A stretch of 64,000 nt of DNA. It comes from a virus. Below are positions 18,130 to 29,395 of this stretch, one piece after another. The first letter of the stretch is position 1. Every line of letters begins with the position of its first letter. The stretch spans positions 4,220 to 68,219 of IMG/VR virus record IMGVR_UViG_3300033149_003379. One strand, 5' to 3'. A model generated the notes under the pieces. The model saw nothing but the letters and a program-made list of their open reading frames with translations, was not told the DNA's origin and made no database searches. Both the position numbers and the translations under genes were made by a program.

Positions 18130-18333
18130 GCATATGAAATGAAAATTCCGACATATATTTCAAGTGCAGCTATCCTAGGCATAGGTGCTGGAGGAGTAAT
18201 GATTGCTACTAATGATACACTCCGGTTGATAGCTTTGCTGATCACGATTTTAGGTACAATGATGACAACACTAAGTATCGAGCATGATGTGCGTTAGGAG
18301 TAGACATTGAAGTTTTCGACTCAAGGAGGTTAA

Positions 18334-18840
18334 ATGGGTGACATAGTCGCTATCAGTGGAGGTTTCGATCCAATCATGGACGGTCATATTCAACTCATGC
18401 AAGAGGTTGTCAGAATGAATCCTGACAGGATTGACATCTATGTTAATACTGATCAGGACTTGATAAATAAAAAGGGTTATGTTCTCCAGCCGCTGAGGTT
18501 GAGGTTGAAACTTTGTTTCTTCACCATTATGGGCATTTTGCAAGCTGTTTCCTACAACTATTCTCAACAGACCATCGGAAATGTACATGTGAATGTCACA
18601 CCTGTACTCGATAATGATGGAACTGTGCGAGAAACTCTCAGACAGTATAGACCTACTATCTTTGCCAATGGAGGTGATCGTAGTGATGAATCTACTATAC
18701 CTGAGAGGGATATATGCAAGGAGCTCGGCATAGAGATGAGGTTTGGAGTCGGAGGTTACACAAAGTTGTCTAGTAGTTCTGAAGCATTTCACAATGCGAG
18801 AAAGCAATTTGAGATGTACTTTAGAGATAAACCAGTTTAG
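18334..18840 (+). CDS. HIGH-family cytidylyltransferase-like protein
   Basis: SGGFDPIMDGH; FANGGDR...IPE. Confidence 0.8.
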   Translation: MGDIVAISGGFDPIMDGHIQLMQEVVRMNPDRIDIYVNTDQDLINKKGYVLQPLRLRLKLCFFTIMGILQAVSYNYSQQTIGNVHVNVTPVLDNDGTVRETLRQYRPTIFANGGDRSDESTIPERDICKELGIEMRFGVGGYTKLSSSSEAFHNARKQFEMYFRDKPV

Positions 18841-19350
18841 AATTCCATTATGGAACTAACAATGTCAATGATTCAGCGCTGTAGGCATCTTGCAATTCAG
18901 ACTCATGAGAGGAATTCTGAATTGAATGATGATGAGCGAGAAAGGGTTGACAGACTTCTGCTAAGACTTGAGAAGGAGAGTCTCTTAGAAAATGGAGAAG
19001 AAGACTACGATGACTTTTGAGACTTGGCTAACAGAATACAAGCATTGTTGGAAGGAACTTGTAGGTTTAGTTCCAATGGAGATTAAGTTCTGGATGGATG
19101 ACTTGAAGAGGAGGTACTTCTCTCGTGGAGTATCACCATTAGATGCAGCAAGAGAAGACTCGAGTGAGTACCTATGTGAGTAAATGAACAAACAAGAGGT
19201 ACGTGAGATGAACCAATGTGAACTATGTGGTACATGTCAGATCACTGCGGACTACAAACTAGATTCGAATTTGTGGCTGCAGCTAGGCGCAGACGAAGGA
19301 GACAGCTGAGGAAACAACAAAATAGAGGTTGAGCCTTAAAGGAGAAGAAA

Positions 19351-19722
19351 ATGGCAAAGAAGGAAGAGTGGAACATCAACAGCCCTGAGTATCTTCGAGA
19401 GTGGACAGAAGAAGTAGTAAGACGTACTGGGGAATATGAGTGTTTGATTTTGGTTGAAGACAAGTCTCAGCTTGGTAAATATCGTAAGGTTATCGAGAAG
19501 GCTTTATTAGATATTGTGGTGTCTAGATATGTGGAACCGCAATTCCGCAGTTTAGAAATTGATGACGGAAAGATCATATTGAAGTTCCTTGGTGCAGAGA
19601 TGCCAGCAGATATGCCGAATCCGATGCCGATAACCGGTCGCTATCAAAATCTAAAGCGGTTTGAAGCAGACATTGCTAACGGTATGGCTGAGGCCATGGC
19701 GAAAGAAGTGGTTGCGATGTAG
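19351..19722 (+). CDS. Hypothetical protein
   Basis: AAGGAG RBS. Confidence 0.6.
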   Translation: MAKKEEWNINSPEYLREWTEEVVRRTGEYECLILVEDKSQLGKYRKVIEKALLDIVVSRYVEPQFRSLEIDDGKIILKFLGAEMPADMPNPMPITGRYQNLKRFEADIANGMAEAMAKEVVAM

Positions 19723-19992
19723 GAGAAGCATGGGGATCAGATTCAATCAAGTCATACAAGACAATCCGAATTTGAATGACGGAACAATGAAGGAAAGGCG
19801 GATATGCAGTGTGTGTGGTATGACTGCTGATCGATTGTGGGGCTATAGATGGTGGAATGGGATCATTGTTAATGAGAAATGGTGTTGTAAGAAATGTCGT
19901 AAGAATGCACCGCCTATCAATCAATTCAAAGCACACGATGGACGCATCCTAGAATGGAGCCTGTCTGTCGATGCTGCAGAGGAGGAGAGATA

Positions 19993-20652
19993 ATGAACAT
20001 AGTAGCAGTCAAAGAACACCCTATCCTGTTTCCAGGAGACATGGTAAGGGCCATCTTGGATGGCAAGGAGCTCCAGGTGCGAGTTATCAAGATACCGCAC
20101 TGTCCCTATGGCCAACTGGGCGACAGGTTGCGGGTCACTGAGACATGGCGCATCGGTGCGTGGAACATAGACACCAGCTGCATCGCCATCGACTACAAAG
20201 CGGACGGATTCTGCCGCAGAGAATGGTTACAGGTAAATGACCCGGTACGGTTTGAGCGGTATGCCAAGCAGAGCACGCTCGATGCCAAAAGGGCCGGGTT
20301 TAAGCCGGACGCGGATGGCAATTATCACTGGAAGCCTGGAGAGTCACCTTGCCGCTGGAGGTCGGGGCGATTCATGCAAGCGAACTTCTCCCGCATCTTT
20401 CTGGAGCTTACCAACGTGAGAGCCAAGCGGTTGCAGGACATCATCAAGGCAGATGCGATAGCGGAAGGAACGCCCACGAAGGCATACCCTGTCGTTGACT
20501 ACGATGGCGGCTATATCGTCCACGAGCAAGGCACTTGGATTGGTGAATTCTCTGCCTTATGGGACTCAATCAATGCTGAGTGTGACTACCCGTGGGACTC
20601 GAATCCATGGGTGCGGGTACTGACGTTCAAGGTGTTGGAAGCCAATCGGTGA
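19993..20652 (+). CDS. ASCH/PUA-like phage protein
   Basis: PILF..MVRAILDGK..CPYGQLGDRL.V.E..RLQDI...AIAEG..WDSNPWV. Confidence 0.75.
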   Translation: MNIVAVKEHPILFPGDMVRAILDGKELQVRVIKIPHCPYGQLGDRLRVTETWRIGAWNIDTSCIAIDYKADGFCRREWLQVNDPVRFERYAKQSTLDAKRAGFKPDADGNYHWKPGESPCRWRSGRFMQANFSRIFLELTNVRAKRLQDIIKADAIAEGTPTKAYPVVDYDGGYIVHEQGTWIGEFSALWDSINAECDYPWDSNPWVRVLTFKVLEANR

Positions 20653-20690
20653 CGCACTGGGAAAGTAACAATTTTATACAGGAGGCAAGG

Positions 20691-21026
20691 ATGAACGAAG
20701 TAACATATGTACCAGGCGAACCGATACCGAGTTTGGCATCACTTCATTCACAACTAAATCAAGATCGTCCGGTGTTTATGGAAGGTCGATTGTATGAAGC
20801 CGAAGAAATTCGAGATTGCAGCCTCCGTTTGATTGAGCACATGATGTATCGAGGTTATCTCTGTTATGCACTCAAAGCTGCACAACCACCACCGCGACCA
20901 GATCCTTCAGACTCAGTCTCAGTTACAACTAAAGGAATAAGTAGTCGTGAATTCTTTGTGATAATTTCACCGCTCATGATTATCTGTGGCATACTAATTG
21001 TCAATCTTATTCGTGTACTCTTTTAA
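20691..21026 (+). CDS. Hypothetical protein with C-terminal TM helix
   Basis: GGAGG RBS; hydrophobic C-terminus. Confidence 0.55.
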   Translation: MNEVTYVPGEPIPSLASLHSQLNQDRPVFMEGRLYEAEEIRDCSLRLIEHMMYRGYLCYALKAAQPPPRPDPSDSVSVTTKGISSREFFVIISPLMIICGILIVNLIRVLF

Positions 21027-21043
21027 AGGAGGACGGAATAGAA

Positions 21044-21247
21044 ATGTACGTTAGACCAAATTTTCACACAAAAGCTGAATTAAAGAAAGCACTCGCTGCT
21101 GGGCATATCATAGAGGTCTTCCAGCCAGGTCTTGGAGATGTTCCAACAACAGGAGAGGTCTTCCTCGAAGGACCGCATTATCCAGAGCCTCATACGTGGT
21201 ATGCAAAAGGTATCATGAAGGATGGTCGATTAGTGAAGGTATACTAG
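21044..21247 (+). CDS. Small phage hypothetical protein
   Basis: AGGAGG RBS; NFHTKAELK..EGPHYPEPHTWYA. Confidence 0.65.
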   Translation: MYVRPNFHTKAELKKALAAGHIIEVFQPGLGDVPTTGEVFLEGPHYPEPHTWYAKGIMKDGRLVKVY

Positions 21248-21248
21248 G

Positions 21249-21551
21249 ATGAAGGAGCAGATAGTAGCTCAAATTGAAAATTACCTACATGGGTACTTAT
21301 CACTCAGTGAGCTTTCTAGTTGGTTATTGAGGAATTCTCAAAGCATCTTGGATAGTGGTGATTTGGAAGCTCGTCATTTGATGAACGCAGTAGATTCAGC
21401 TCTTATTCTCTTGTCAGAGAAGCTCATGACATTAGCTGAGCTTGAACAGGAACTCAGCACTCTCATAAGTATGCAGAGAACTACGTTCATTGAGTTGAGT
21501 TGTTCATCGATCACTACTGAAAGTTCAAGTGTAACAGAGTTCATTTTATAA
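21249..21551 (+). CDS. Hypothetical protein
   Basis: Coupled ORF. Confidence 0.5.
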   Translation: MKEQIVAQIENYLHGYLSLSELSSWLLRNSQSILDSGDLEARHLMNAVDSALILLSEKLMTLAELEQELSTLISMQRTTFIELSCSSITTESSSVTEFIL

Positions 21552-21557
21552 AGACGC

Positions 21558-21634
21558 GCCCTCGTAGCTCAATTGGATAGAGCATCTGCCTTCTAAGCAG
21601 ACGGTTCTGGGTTCGAGTCCCAGCGAGGGTGCCA
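21558..21634 (+). tRNA. tRNA-Arg(TCT)
   Basis: GCCCTCG/CGAGGGT acceptor, TCTGC-CTTCTAA-GCAGA anticodon arm, GGTTCGAGTCC, CCA. Confidence 0.93.
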
Positions 21635-21659
21635 TCGGAATGAATGAGGAGTGTCGTAA

Positions 21660-22235
21660 ATGAATAAACCTAAAGTGTCACTCGTAACATACACACCTAA
21701 TCCAGAAGAGGTCATTGAGAAGGCAGGTAGAGTTTGTTATGACACCATGGATCGCTTCCGTACAAATCCATCGAGAATTCAAGACTGGATTAAAGTTGGT
21801 CATGAATCAATGCTCGAACATGCTTCAGCAACGTTTCAAATAATTGCTAGTCGGGTGTTCACTCATGAAATCGTTAGGCATAGAATTGCAAGCTATAGCC
21901 AGCGCAGTCAGAGATATGTCTTCGAGTCGCTGCCAGAATTCTATTCACCTCCTCAATTTGATGATGAGGCCAACAAACTGTTTGAGGAATTGATGGATAA
22001 CTGTTGGAGTGTCTATAAGGAACTCATATCGAGAGGTTACAAGAAGGAGCTGGCTCGGTATGTGCTTCCTAATGCGTGTCTAACTACCATAGTGTGTACA
22101 TGGAATTTTCGAGAGCTTAGACATATCATTAAGCTGCGTACCTCTTCGAGAGCACTTCCTGAAATGAGAGAGGTAGCAACTCAAATTCTCGATATATGTA
22201 GAGAGATTGCACCTAATGTGTTTGAAGACCTATAG
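21660..22235 (+). CDS. thyX: Flavin-dependent thymidylate synthase
   Basis: GHESMLEH; RHRIASYSQRSQR; ARYVLP; NFRELRH. Confidence 0.93.
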   Translation: MNKPKVSLVTYTPNPEEVIEKAGRVCYDTMDRFRTNPSRIQDWIKVGHESMLEHASATFQIIASRVFTHEIVRHRIASYSQRSQRYVFESLPEFYSPPQFDDEANKLFEELMDNCWSVYKELISRGYKKELARYVLPNACLTTIVCTWNFRELRHIIKLRTSSRALPEMREVATQILDICREIAPNVFEDL

Positions 22236-22341
22236 TGTAGTTTTTGTAGAAATTCTCTGTGATCTAATACTCATTACCAGTTTACATGCGCAGAAAATAG
22301 GTATAAGATACCAGCAAAGAGAAAGGAGGTAGCTTCTAAAA

Positions 22342-22734
22342 TTGCTGATCATACGGAAGCCCTGGGGAAAGGAAATCCTTTGGGCTCATACCTCAAAGTA
22401 TGTATCAAAACTTCTGTTCATCAATAATAAGGAGCAGCTCAGTCTCCAGTTGCACTCTAAGAAGGATGAATCCATGCTTATCCTTAAAGGGAAAGTCCTC
22501 GTTAAACTCGGAAAAGCCGCCTTTACGTGCTCCGCCGGAGATTTCTTTGATATACCTCATGGGACGGAACATCGGTTAACGGCTTTGGAAGATGTAGTAG
22601 TTCTTGAAGTTTCAACTCCAGAGCTTGATGATATTATTAGAATAGCCGATAAGTATGATCGTGATTCTAAAGGAGGAAAGGAAGATGCAAGAAAAGGAAT
22701 GGTGGGAGAGAGATATCTTCGAAAAGGAGGGTGA
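22342..22734 (+). CDS. Cupin protein (mannose-6-phosphate isomerase type II C-terminal-like)
   Basis: KPWGKE; SLQLH..KDE; HRL..EVST..DIIRI.D.Y. Confidence 0.8.
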   Translation: MLIIRKPWGKEILWAHTSKYVSKLLFINNKEQLSLQLHSKKDESMLILKGKVLVKLGKAAFTCSAGDFFDIPHGTEHRLTALEDVVVLEVSTPELDDIIRIADKYDRDSKGGKEDARKGMVGERYLRKGG

Positions 22735-23035
22735 GTGTCCTGCTAATACTGGCGGTGAGAAGTGGGCGAAGTTTACTAGGGAGGAAGCGACTAGCTAAGG
22801 GATAGGTGGTTAGCTCAGAAGGATCGAAAGGAGAAGAAGATGTCTCAGAACTATGAGGAAGTCTCTAGAAGTGAAGGTTATGTATATTGTCCATCGTGTA
22901 AATACTTCGGACAATGCACTCCCGATCCAGAGGAATACAATCTTCCGTGCGATTCTTTTGAAGAGCAACCACTTGAAGATGACTCTTGCTGGGTCCCTCT
23001 GGATTGATAATTTTTTGTAAGGAGGAGAAAGACCT

Positions 23036-24745
23036 ATGAAAATTCAAGATTTGAGAGAGCATCGCGGTTTTAATGTGTGGGATTTGGATACATTTGATGA
23101 ATATACGGAACAAGATTTCTTTTTAGATGAGGTGTCAGTCTACACCAAGTATGGATACAAGATTACATTTGGTAAATGCGATCTTGATATGTTGCGTAGT
23201 GTGATTGCTTTATTCGAAGAACACATGGATAACACCGAAGTTACTTCAAAGGAGGACTGAGAAATGAATTTTAATGAAGACCATAAGGTCATTATGGAGT
23301 CACTGTCTGATGTAGAAGCTGAAGCCTATGTTGAGTTCTTAGAAAATGAGAAGCACAGACATGAACTTGCGGAGAAACGTGCTCAGGCCAAGGCAGAAAG
23401 TTTGTATGCTTTAGCCCAATTTTATGACTCAGCAGCGATACGTCATCATCTGGATGTTGTTGATATCGAGAAACTTGTCTCACGAGTAACTGAGCGCTTT
23501 TTCAGAGTCGGGAAAGGAACTGTAGATGCAGAGTATTAGCAGGGAGGAAGTGGTAGTAAAGACAGAACTCAGAATGTAAAATGAAAGGAGAAGACGATGC
23601 TTAATATTAGTGATGAATTAGCAAGAGGCAATAAGGTTAGTAGGGAGGACATTGAAGAGTGGGTTACGGACCAGTTTGAGGGACGGACTCTTTCTCATTC
23701 AGATTTAGAGCATGTTTGTGATTGCCTAGAGGACCTCGTTTATTGGTATTTGGACGGTCGACCATTAGGAGGATTCCTTTCAGCTGTTCTGAAAAATGAC
23801 TTTATGCAGGCATGTACAAGGGCGGATATCGTGAACAGGAAGGTTCTTCCATTGTACGCCAAGTTTGTCTTTAATTGCTTGCCGGCGGATTATTCTCTAA
23901 TGGTGCACTTTGATTAGAACCTCGGAGAGTTGAGATGACTAAGATTAAAGCTCATTCATCTGGAATAACAAAAGAGGAATTTGAAACCTACGAGGCCATT
24001 AGGAAAAGCGGAACAACAAATATGTTTGATGTTGGTGTTGTGGAAATGCTGAGTGGGTATACTCTTGATGGGAAAAAGATTCTTACAATAATGAAAAATT
24101 ATGATAACCTCTGTGATTTCTATCCTAGAAGGGAGGCAACATGAAAGGTTTTGTACTTATGAAAGGTGCGGCTCCTAAAGTATGTAGCTTATGTGATATG
24201 CCAGTAGATTTGGATGAATGTTTTTGTGAGGGATGTGGAGCAGAGCTTGTTTGGTGGGGGTGTAGAGATTGTGGTTATATTCCTCCAAATCAAGCTGCGC
24301 TCTATTGTCGCTATTGTGGCAAGAAATTGACACATGTTGTACAGAAGATCAGTAAAGACAATAAAAGAGTGCTCTGGCCTGCATCATCCGAGGAGGCATA
24401 ATGTACAAAGATAAATACAAGCTAAGAGCACTCAAGCGTGGTGAGGTTAGATTGGCTAATTGTGGCACTCCATATTGTTCGGGATTGGAGGGTCGTTGTT
24501 GGCTCTGTGGTATGACGTGGGCAGAGTGCCAATGCGGCTCATCAGGAGAGGCTCGGTGTTTCTGTGGCGCCCTAGCGGAGTCGTGGCGTGACGTGCGTCC
24601 TGCCCATATTTTGCGGCTAATTGGCAATAGTTTTCGCGCAGTCTACGAAGGCATCGCGTACACTATTGATTGTCTACATGAAGGCACTTATCCTGACTTG
24701 CACGAGGCCTTTTGGTATTTCATAGATGGATGGAGGGGAAAATAA
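23036..24745 (+). other. Run of small hypothetical genes (23036-23260, 23264-23539, 23597-23917, 23935-24144, 24141-24401 zinc ribbon, 24401-24745)
   Basis: Closely spaced ORFs, mostly with GGAG(G) RBS or overlapping start/stop codons. Confidence 0.55.
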
Positions 24746-25052
24746 CACAGGAGGTTGGTAAATGAAATCTACTTGGAAAATGGCACGAAAGCTTGCTTCG
24801 AGAAGGCTTTTTCTTGAAGTGCCGGCTGAGCATTGGGACATCTTTGAGAGAGCGTGGCAGTACGATAATTCGCATCCTTGCCCCATGCCGGTCGGGCATC
24901 GGATGTTCCGCCAGCGAGTATGGTTGTAGCATTGTCGGCGATATAGATGCTAAGATGCTCATAGACGCATGCACTGATGTCTGTAGCGAAATTGACAATG
25001 AAGTTGCGTCTCAAGAGCTCAAGGAGAAGAACGAACAAAAAGGAGTGTTGGA

Positions 25053-25526
25053 ATGAGTGATGCATGTGAAACAAAGGCATACTATACTATTCCAAACATC
25101 GCTCCAACTTCAAGTGGGAGTATTCATGTAGTGCCCAGACAGGTACTTGAAAGGATTGTACAGGGCGATATACAAATTATCATGAATAACGAGAGTCTGC
25201 AGCCTGTTCTCTCAACTATTGTTAGTGAATGGATGAAGTATGTTGACTCGTTGAAGCACCTCGCTACTGGGCCGTGGCAGTCAATGGATGATGCTCCCAA
25301 AGATGGAACCGCCGTTCTGCTTAGATTCAAAAATGGATTCTGTCAGGTCTGTTATTGGGCAGAATGGGAAGTTGGTGGAGAAAGCCCACAAGTTTATGGG
25401 GGCCAAACAGTGATTCAAGGAAGTCCTCCTGATGGATTAGAAAGTGGCTGGATAGTCAATGGAGATGATGTGTGTGTTATCATGGATGAGCCTATTGCGT
25501 GGGCAAGGCTGACGGAGGAGAAATGA
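25053..25526 (+). CDS. Phage protein with C-terminal DUF551-like domain
   Basis: WQSMDDAPKDGT.VLL...PIAW. Confidence 0.65.
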   Translation: MSDACETKAYYTIPNIAPTSSGSIHVVPRQVLERIVQGDIQIIMNNESLQPVLSTIVSEWMKYVDSLKHLATGPWQSMDDAPKDGTAVLLRFKNGFCQVCYWAEWEVGGESPQVYGGQTVIQGSPPDGLESGWIVNGDDVCVIMDEPIAWARLTEEK

Positions 25527-26167
25527 AGGCCTATCACTTTCTTCAAGAAGGTATGACGACCGGTTTTGGTGATGAGCCTCCGTGGACCAAAGGTGAGACA
25601 AGAACATGGGAAGGGAAAGTTGTGTTTTGTATCGCGGGTTATCACTCATCACCTACATGGCTGGACGCATTGGAATATGCTTCCGGTCCTATAGCCTGTA
25701 TTGTTGATGTCTCCAGACCTGTCGAGAAAGACGACACCAAGCAGGTGTCTAAGATAAGGACACTTGTAGATTACAGGGACGCAACACGAACCCTCTATCT
25801 ATTTGCCTGTGACTGTGCAGAGCGCGCTTTGAAAATGGGTAATGTCATTTGCCCACAAGCTCTCCGACACGTCATTGAGGTGGAGCGTCTGTGGGCAAAT
25901 GGGAATGCCACCAATAAAGAATTGAACGATGCAAGGAGAGAGGCGTGGTTGAAGTCATGGAGTTTCGCAAAGTCATCGGCAATTGCTGCCGCGTGGTCAG
26001 CTACTGGTATAGGCTTTGCAACGATCCCGGTGTCTATTGCGGCAATATGTGCAAGGCAAGCAGCTAGACACAGTGCTAGACAGGCCAATAACCATGATGT
26101 GGAATTAAAGTGGCAGCGCCATCGCCTTGACGAGATGATGACGGAACTATTCAGGGAGGGAGAATGA
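25523..26167 (+). CDS. Hypothetical protein, paralog of 26164..26829
   Basis: MKAYHFL..EPPW.KGETR.W..GYHSSP.WL..LFACDCAER. Confidence 0.7.
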   Translation: MKAYHFLQEGMTTGFGDEPPWTKGETRTWEGKVVFCIAGYHSSPTWLDALEYASGPIACIVDVSRPVEKDDTKQVSKIRTLVDYRDATRTLYLFACDCAERALKMGNVICPQALRHVIEVERLWANGNATNKELNDARREAWLKSWSFAKSSAIAAAWSATGIGFATIPVSIAAICARQAARHSARQANNHDVELKWQRHRLDEMMTELFREGE

Positions 26168-26829
26168 GAGCGTATCACTTTCTCAAAGAAGACATGACGA
26201 CACTGTTCGGCAACGAACCACCGTGGCAGAAAGGGGAGACTAGAGCGTGGCAAGGTGTTTGTGTGTTAGACCAAAGTGGCTATCATTCCTCCCCTGTGTG
26301 GCTTGGTGCCTTGTCGTGCGCACCAGGCCCCATAGCCTGTATTGTGGATGTTTCAAAGCCTATTCAAAAAGATAAACTGATACAAGTGTCCCGTGTTAGA
26401 ACATTGGTTGATTATCGTAATGCTACTACAGCACTCCTGTTGTTTGCGTGTGATTGTGCAGAACGGACACTAGAGAGGGCGAACTTCTCTGGACACTTAC
26501 TCATGGCAATGTGCCAACTTCTTGAAACGAGGCGCGAGCACATAAGTGGGCGAGTGTCAGACGCAGCATTAAAGGCGGTCCAACGAGACGTTGAACGGTT
26601 CCGCTTGTCAATAGATCGTACAGACCCAAAGTTCGTTTCCCATGAAAACCTCTGCGCACTCAGGGCAGTTGAAATTGTTGCCACGTCATATCATACATCT
26701 GTGGCATGTGCACAGTTAGTAGCACATTATTCTAATGCTCAAGTCCACGATGTCTCTTCGGAAGTACATTGGCAACGTCGTAGACTTGGCCTGCTTATAG
26801 GGAGGTTATTCCGTGAAGTGGGCAGTTGA
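26164..26829 (+). CDS. Hypothetical protein, paralog of 25523..26167
   Basis: Same N-terminal motifs; ATGA overlap. Confidence 0.7.
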   Translation: MRAYHFLKEDMTTLFGNEPPWQKGETRAWQGVCVLDQSGYHSSPVWLGALSCAPGPIACIVDVSKPIQKDKLIQVSRVRTLVDYRNATTALLLFACDCAERTLERANFSGHLLMAMCQLLETRREHISGRVSDAALKAVQRDVERFRLSIDRTDPKFVSHENLCALRAVEIVATSYHTSVACAQLVAHYSNAQVHDVSSEVHWQRRRLGLLIGRLFREVGS

Positions 26830-27426
26830 TAGAAACGGTCGTAGGTATCCCTTGATGGATGACTACGAAGAGGCCGAGGCCGAAAGGAGGGAAGACGAAA
26901 GACAGGAATTGGAGTATCGAAGGAGGAAAGACGAGAAACAGGAGAGAAGACACGAGTGAAGGAGAGCTAAATGAGTCATACTGATAGAGAATCTTTAAGA
27001 TTTACGTACAAATTCACATTGGGAGACATCTTTAGATTGTGTGAAGAGGACTATCGACGTAAAGAGATTCTCTATTTAGGTATCCTCTTAGGTATGCTTC
27101 TATCAGAATCTCATAAAAGCGAGTCAGAGGAGACCGAAGTTTCTAAAGGAGAATCAAATGGATAATGTTGAAAAAGCTAAATGGACGCAAGGAGTGATCG
27201 ATGGATGGCTCTCAGTAACTTTTGATCGTGATGCCTACATTATGTTTAGAACTACCGCTTACGGAGTAGAACTGACCCTATTCGATTTGTCTGCACAAGA
27301 TTTGGCTAAAATTGCTGCAGCGGCTCAAGAAGGGTTAGCCAAGAAATTGGATAATACCATAGGAAAAAAGTGAATTTTTTGACTACTGTGATATAATAAT
27401 GAGAGAGAAACAAAAGGAGGTGTATC

Positions 27427-27804
27427 GTGGAATTAGGTCCAGTAACAATTAATGCAACGGCAAGTTATACTCCACCCCATGATGGCTACTGTGAAGCCAG
27501 TTATGCACTTGAGGATTTCAGGATTTGTCATGAGTTGGAACTCCGCCTGAAAAGCTCTAGTCGGAATGAATGGTTTGAAGTGTTACGTCCTGAGATAGAG
27601 AAGATACTGAACTCTAAGGATTTTTACTTTGAGAATACCTTCAGTAAGACGATTTGTTCAGTTATCTACAGGAGACAAAATATTGCACCATTCAAAAATC
27701 TAGCGGATATTCAGAGAGAAGTTGAGGCCCTCGTAGAGCATTACGCAACTCGACTGAATGAACTGGAAGTTCTCAAGAAGATAGCAGCAATCGAAGGCAA
27801 GTGA
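27427..27804 (+). CDS. Hypothetical protein
   Basis: TGATATAAT promoter and AGGAGG RBS upstream. Confidence 0.6.
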   Translation: MELGPVTINATASYTPPHDGYCEASYALEDFRICHELELRLKSSSRNEWFEVLRPEIEKILNSKDFYFENTFSKTICSVIYRRQNIAPFKNLADIQREVEALVEHYATRLNELEVLKKIAAIEGK

Positions 27805-27838
27805 GAGTAAAGTTAAAAGGACAAAGGAGGAGATTCTA

Positions 27839-28795
27839 ATGAACAGGCGTCGAGTCGATCAACATTTGAGGAACAAGTTCAATGACTTCTTAGAGTCAAT
27901 TACTGATGAGGACCTCAAAAGTAAGATAAGTTCGGATGCTATCATCACCGGTGGGAGTATAGCCTCATTGCTTCTTGGTGAAAAGCCACATGATTACGAT
28001 ATCTACTTTAAGACTCACAATACCGCTCTTGCAGTTGCAAAGCATTACGTGAAGATTTTCAATGATCGTAGGCGTGAACAAGGAAAATCTGACAAGCTCG
28101 AGGCTGAGGTCTATTCAAATGACTCAGGTCGTATACGAATAAGAATTCCTTCTGCAGGAGTACTTGATGACGATACCGATGATTCACAGTATCAGTACTT
28201 TGAGACTACAGAAGATGAGTCTGCTGAGGACTACTTGACTGAGACCTTCACTGATTTATTGGAGGATGGAGATGACTATCCTGAAGAAGCTCTAGAAAAG
28301 GTCACTGAAAAAAGCAAGACTCCTCCATATACTCCAATCTTTCTCAGTGATAATGCCATAACTTTGAGTAATAAAATCCAGATCGTCATTAGGTTCTATG
28401 GGTCAGCTGCAGAGATTCACAAGAATTTCGATTATGTGCATTGTACAAATCATTGGACTCCTAGCGGAGGTCTCGTATTGAGAAAGGATGCCCTGTTAAG
28501 CCTTTTGACTAAGGACCTTCAATACGTAGGTTCGCTATATCCATTAGCGAGCGTAGTTAGGATGAGGAAATTCCTCAAGAAAGGTTGGAACATAAATGCA
28601 GGTCAAATACTGAAAATGTGTTACCAACTGAGTGAGCTTGATCTTAATGATTTCAGTGTTCTTGAGGAACAACTCACAGGTGTTGATACTGCATACTTTC
28701 AAGAGCTTCTCTCAGTTATTCGTAATGAGCGAGAGAATTTGAAAGACATCGACAGCACCTATGTGGCGAGCCTCATTGATAAGCTCCTCAAATGA
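27839..28795 (+). CDS. Pol-beta superfamily nucleotidyltransferase-like protein
   Basis: ITGGSIASLL...HDYDIYF; FDYVHC; RMRKFLKKGW. Confidence 0.7.
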   Translation: MNRRRVDQHLRNKFNDFLESITDEDLKSKISSDAIITGGSIASLLLGEKPHDYDIYFKTHNTALAVAKHYVKIFNDRRREQGKSDKLEAEVYSNDSGRIRIRIPSAGVLDDDTDDSQYQYFETTEDESAEDYLTETFTDLLEDGDDYPEEALEKVTEKSKTPPYTPIFLSDNAITLSNKIQIVIRFYGSAAEIHKNFDYVHCTNHWTPSGGLVLRKDALLSLLTKDLQYVGSLYPLASVVRMRKFLKKGWNINAGQILKMCYQLSELDLNDFSVLEEQLTGVDTAYFQELLSVIRNERENLKDIDSTYVASLIDKLLK

Positions 28796-28811
28796 TATCG
28801 CAAAGATAGGA

Positions 28812-28896
28812 GGAGAGTTGGCCGAGAGGACTATGGCGGCTGTCTTGAAAACAGCTTGAGCGAAAGCTCACATGGGTTCGAATCCCATACTCTCCT
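28812..28896 (+). tRNA. tRNA-Ser(TGA), long variable arm, no encoded CCA
   Basis: GGAGAGT/ACTCTCC acceptor; GCTGT-CTTGAAA-ACAGC; TGAGC-GAAA-GCTCA variable arm; GGTTCGAATCC. Confidence 0.88.
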
Positions 28897-29019
28897 TCAA
28901 GTTCGAAGTAACCAAATTCGCATTTTCTTTGATTTTTTTCCGACCCGAATACAAGCTAACTGTTTACATTTCGTGGTAGTTGTGGTACTATATTGCTAGA
29001 TTCAAAAAGGAGGCACAAG

Positions 29020-29364
29020 ATGAAGTTGTCCAGAAAGCAAGCAAAGCCCATCCTGAATGCTTCTTTCCCTGACTACTCTGGACGCAAAATCAAACTGGTT
29101 GAGACAGACCACGTCACCTTGTGTGACCTAAATTGGGGTGGTGGTAGTCGCAACTATTACTGTTTATTGCGCGCCAGTGACGGCGCAGCAATGCATTATG
29201 AGCCAGCGGCACCATGGGCTGAAATGAACGAAGGTTCGCGAGTCGCACTGTCGCCACGCGTTCTTGTCGTGGAACATTCCATATTTTGCGGGCAAGACTG
29301 TGGTATCACCATTTATGCTCATCCAGAGGCAATGGCGAGACTGAAGCCAATGCTTCTAAAATAA
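29020..29364 (+). CDS. Hypothetical protein
   Basis: AGGAGG RBS; promoter-like TTTACA...TGGTACTAT upstream. Confidence 0.65.
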   Translation: MKLSRKQAKPILNASFPDYSGRKIKLVETDHVTLCDLNWGGGSRNYYCLLRASDGAAMHYEPAAPWAEMNEGSRVALSPRVLVVEHSIFCGQDCGITIYAHPEAMARLKPMLLK

Positions 29365-29395
29365 TTTCTTGAAGGAGGACAATAAAGGAGGTATC

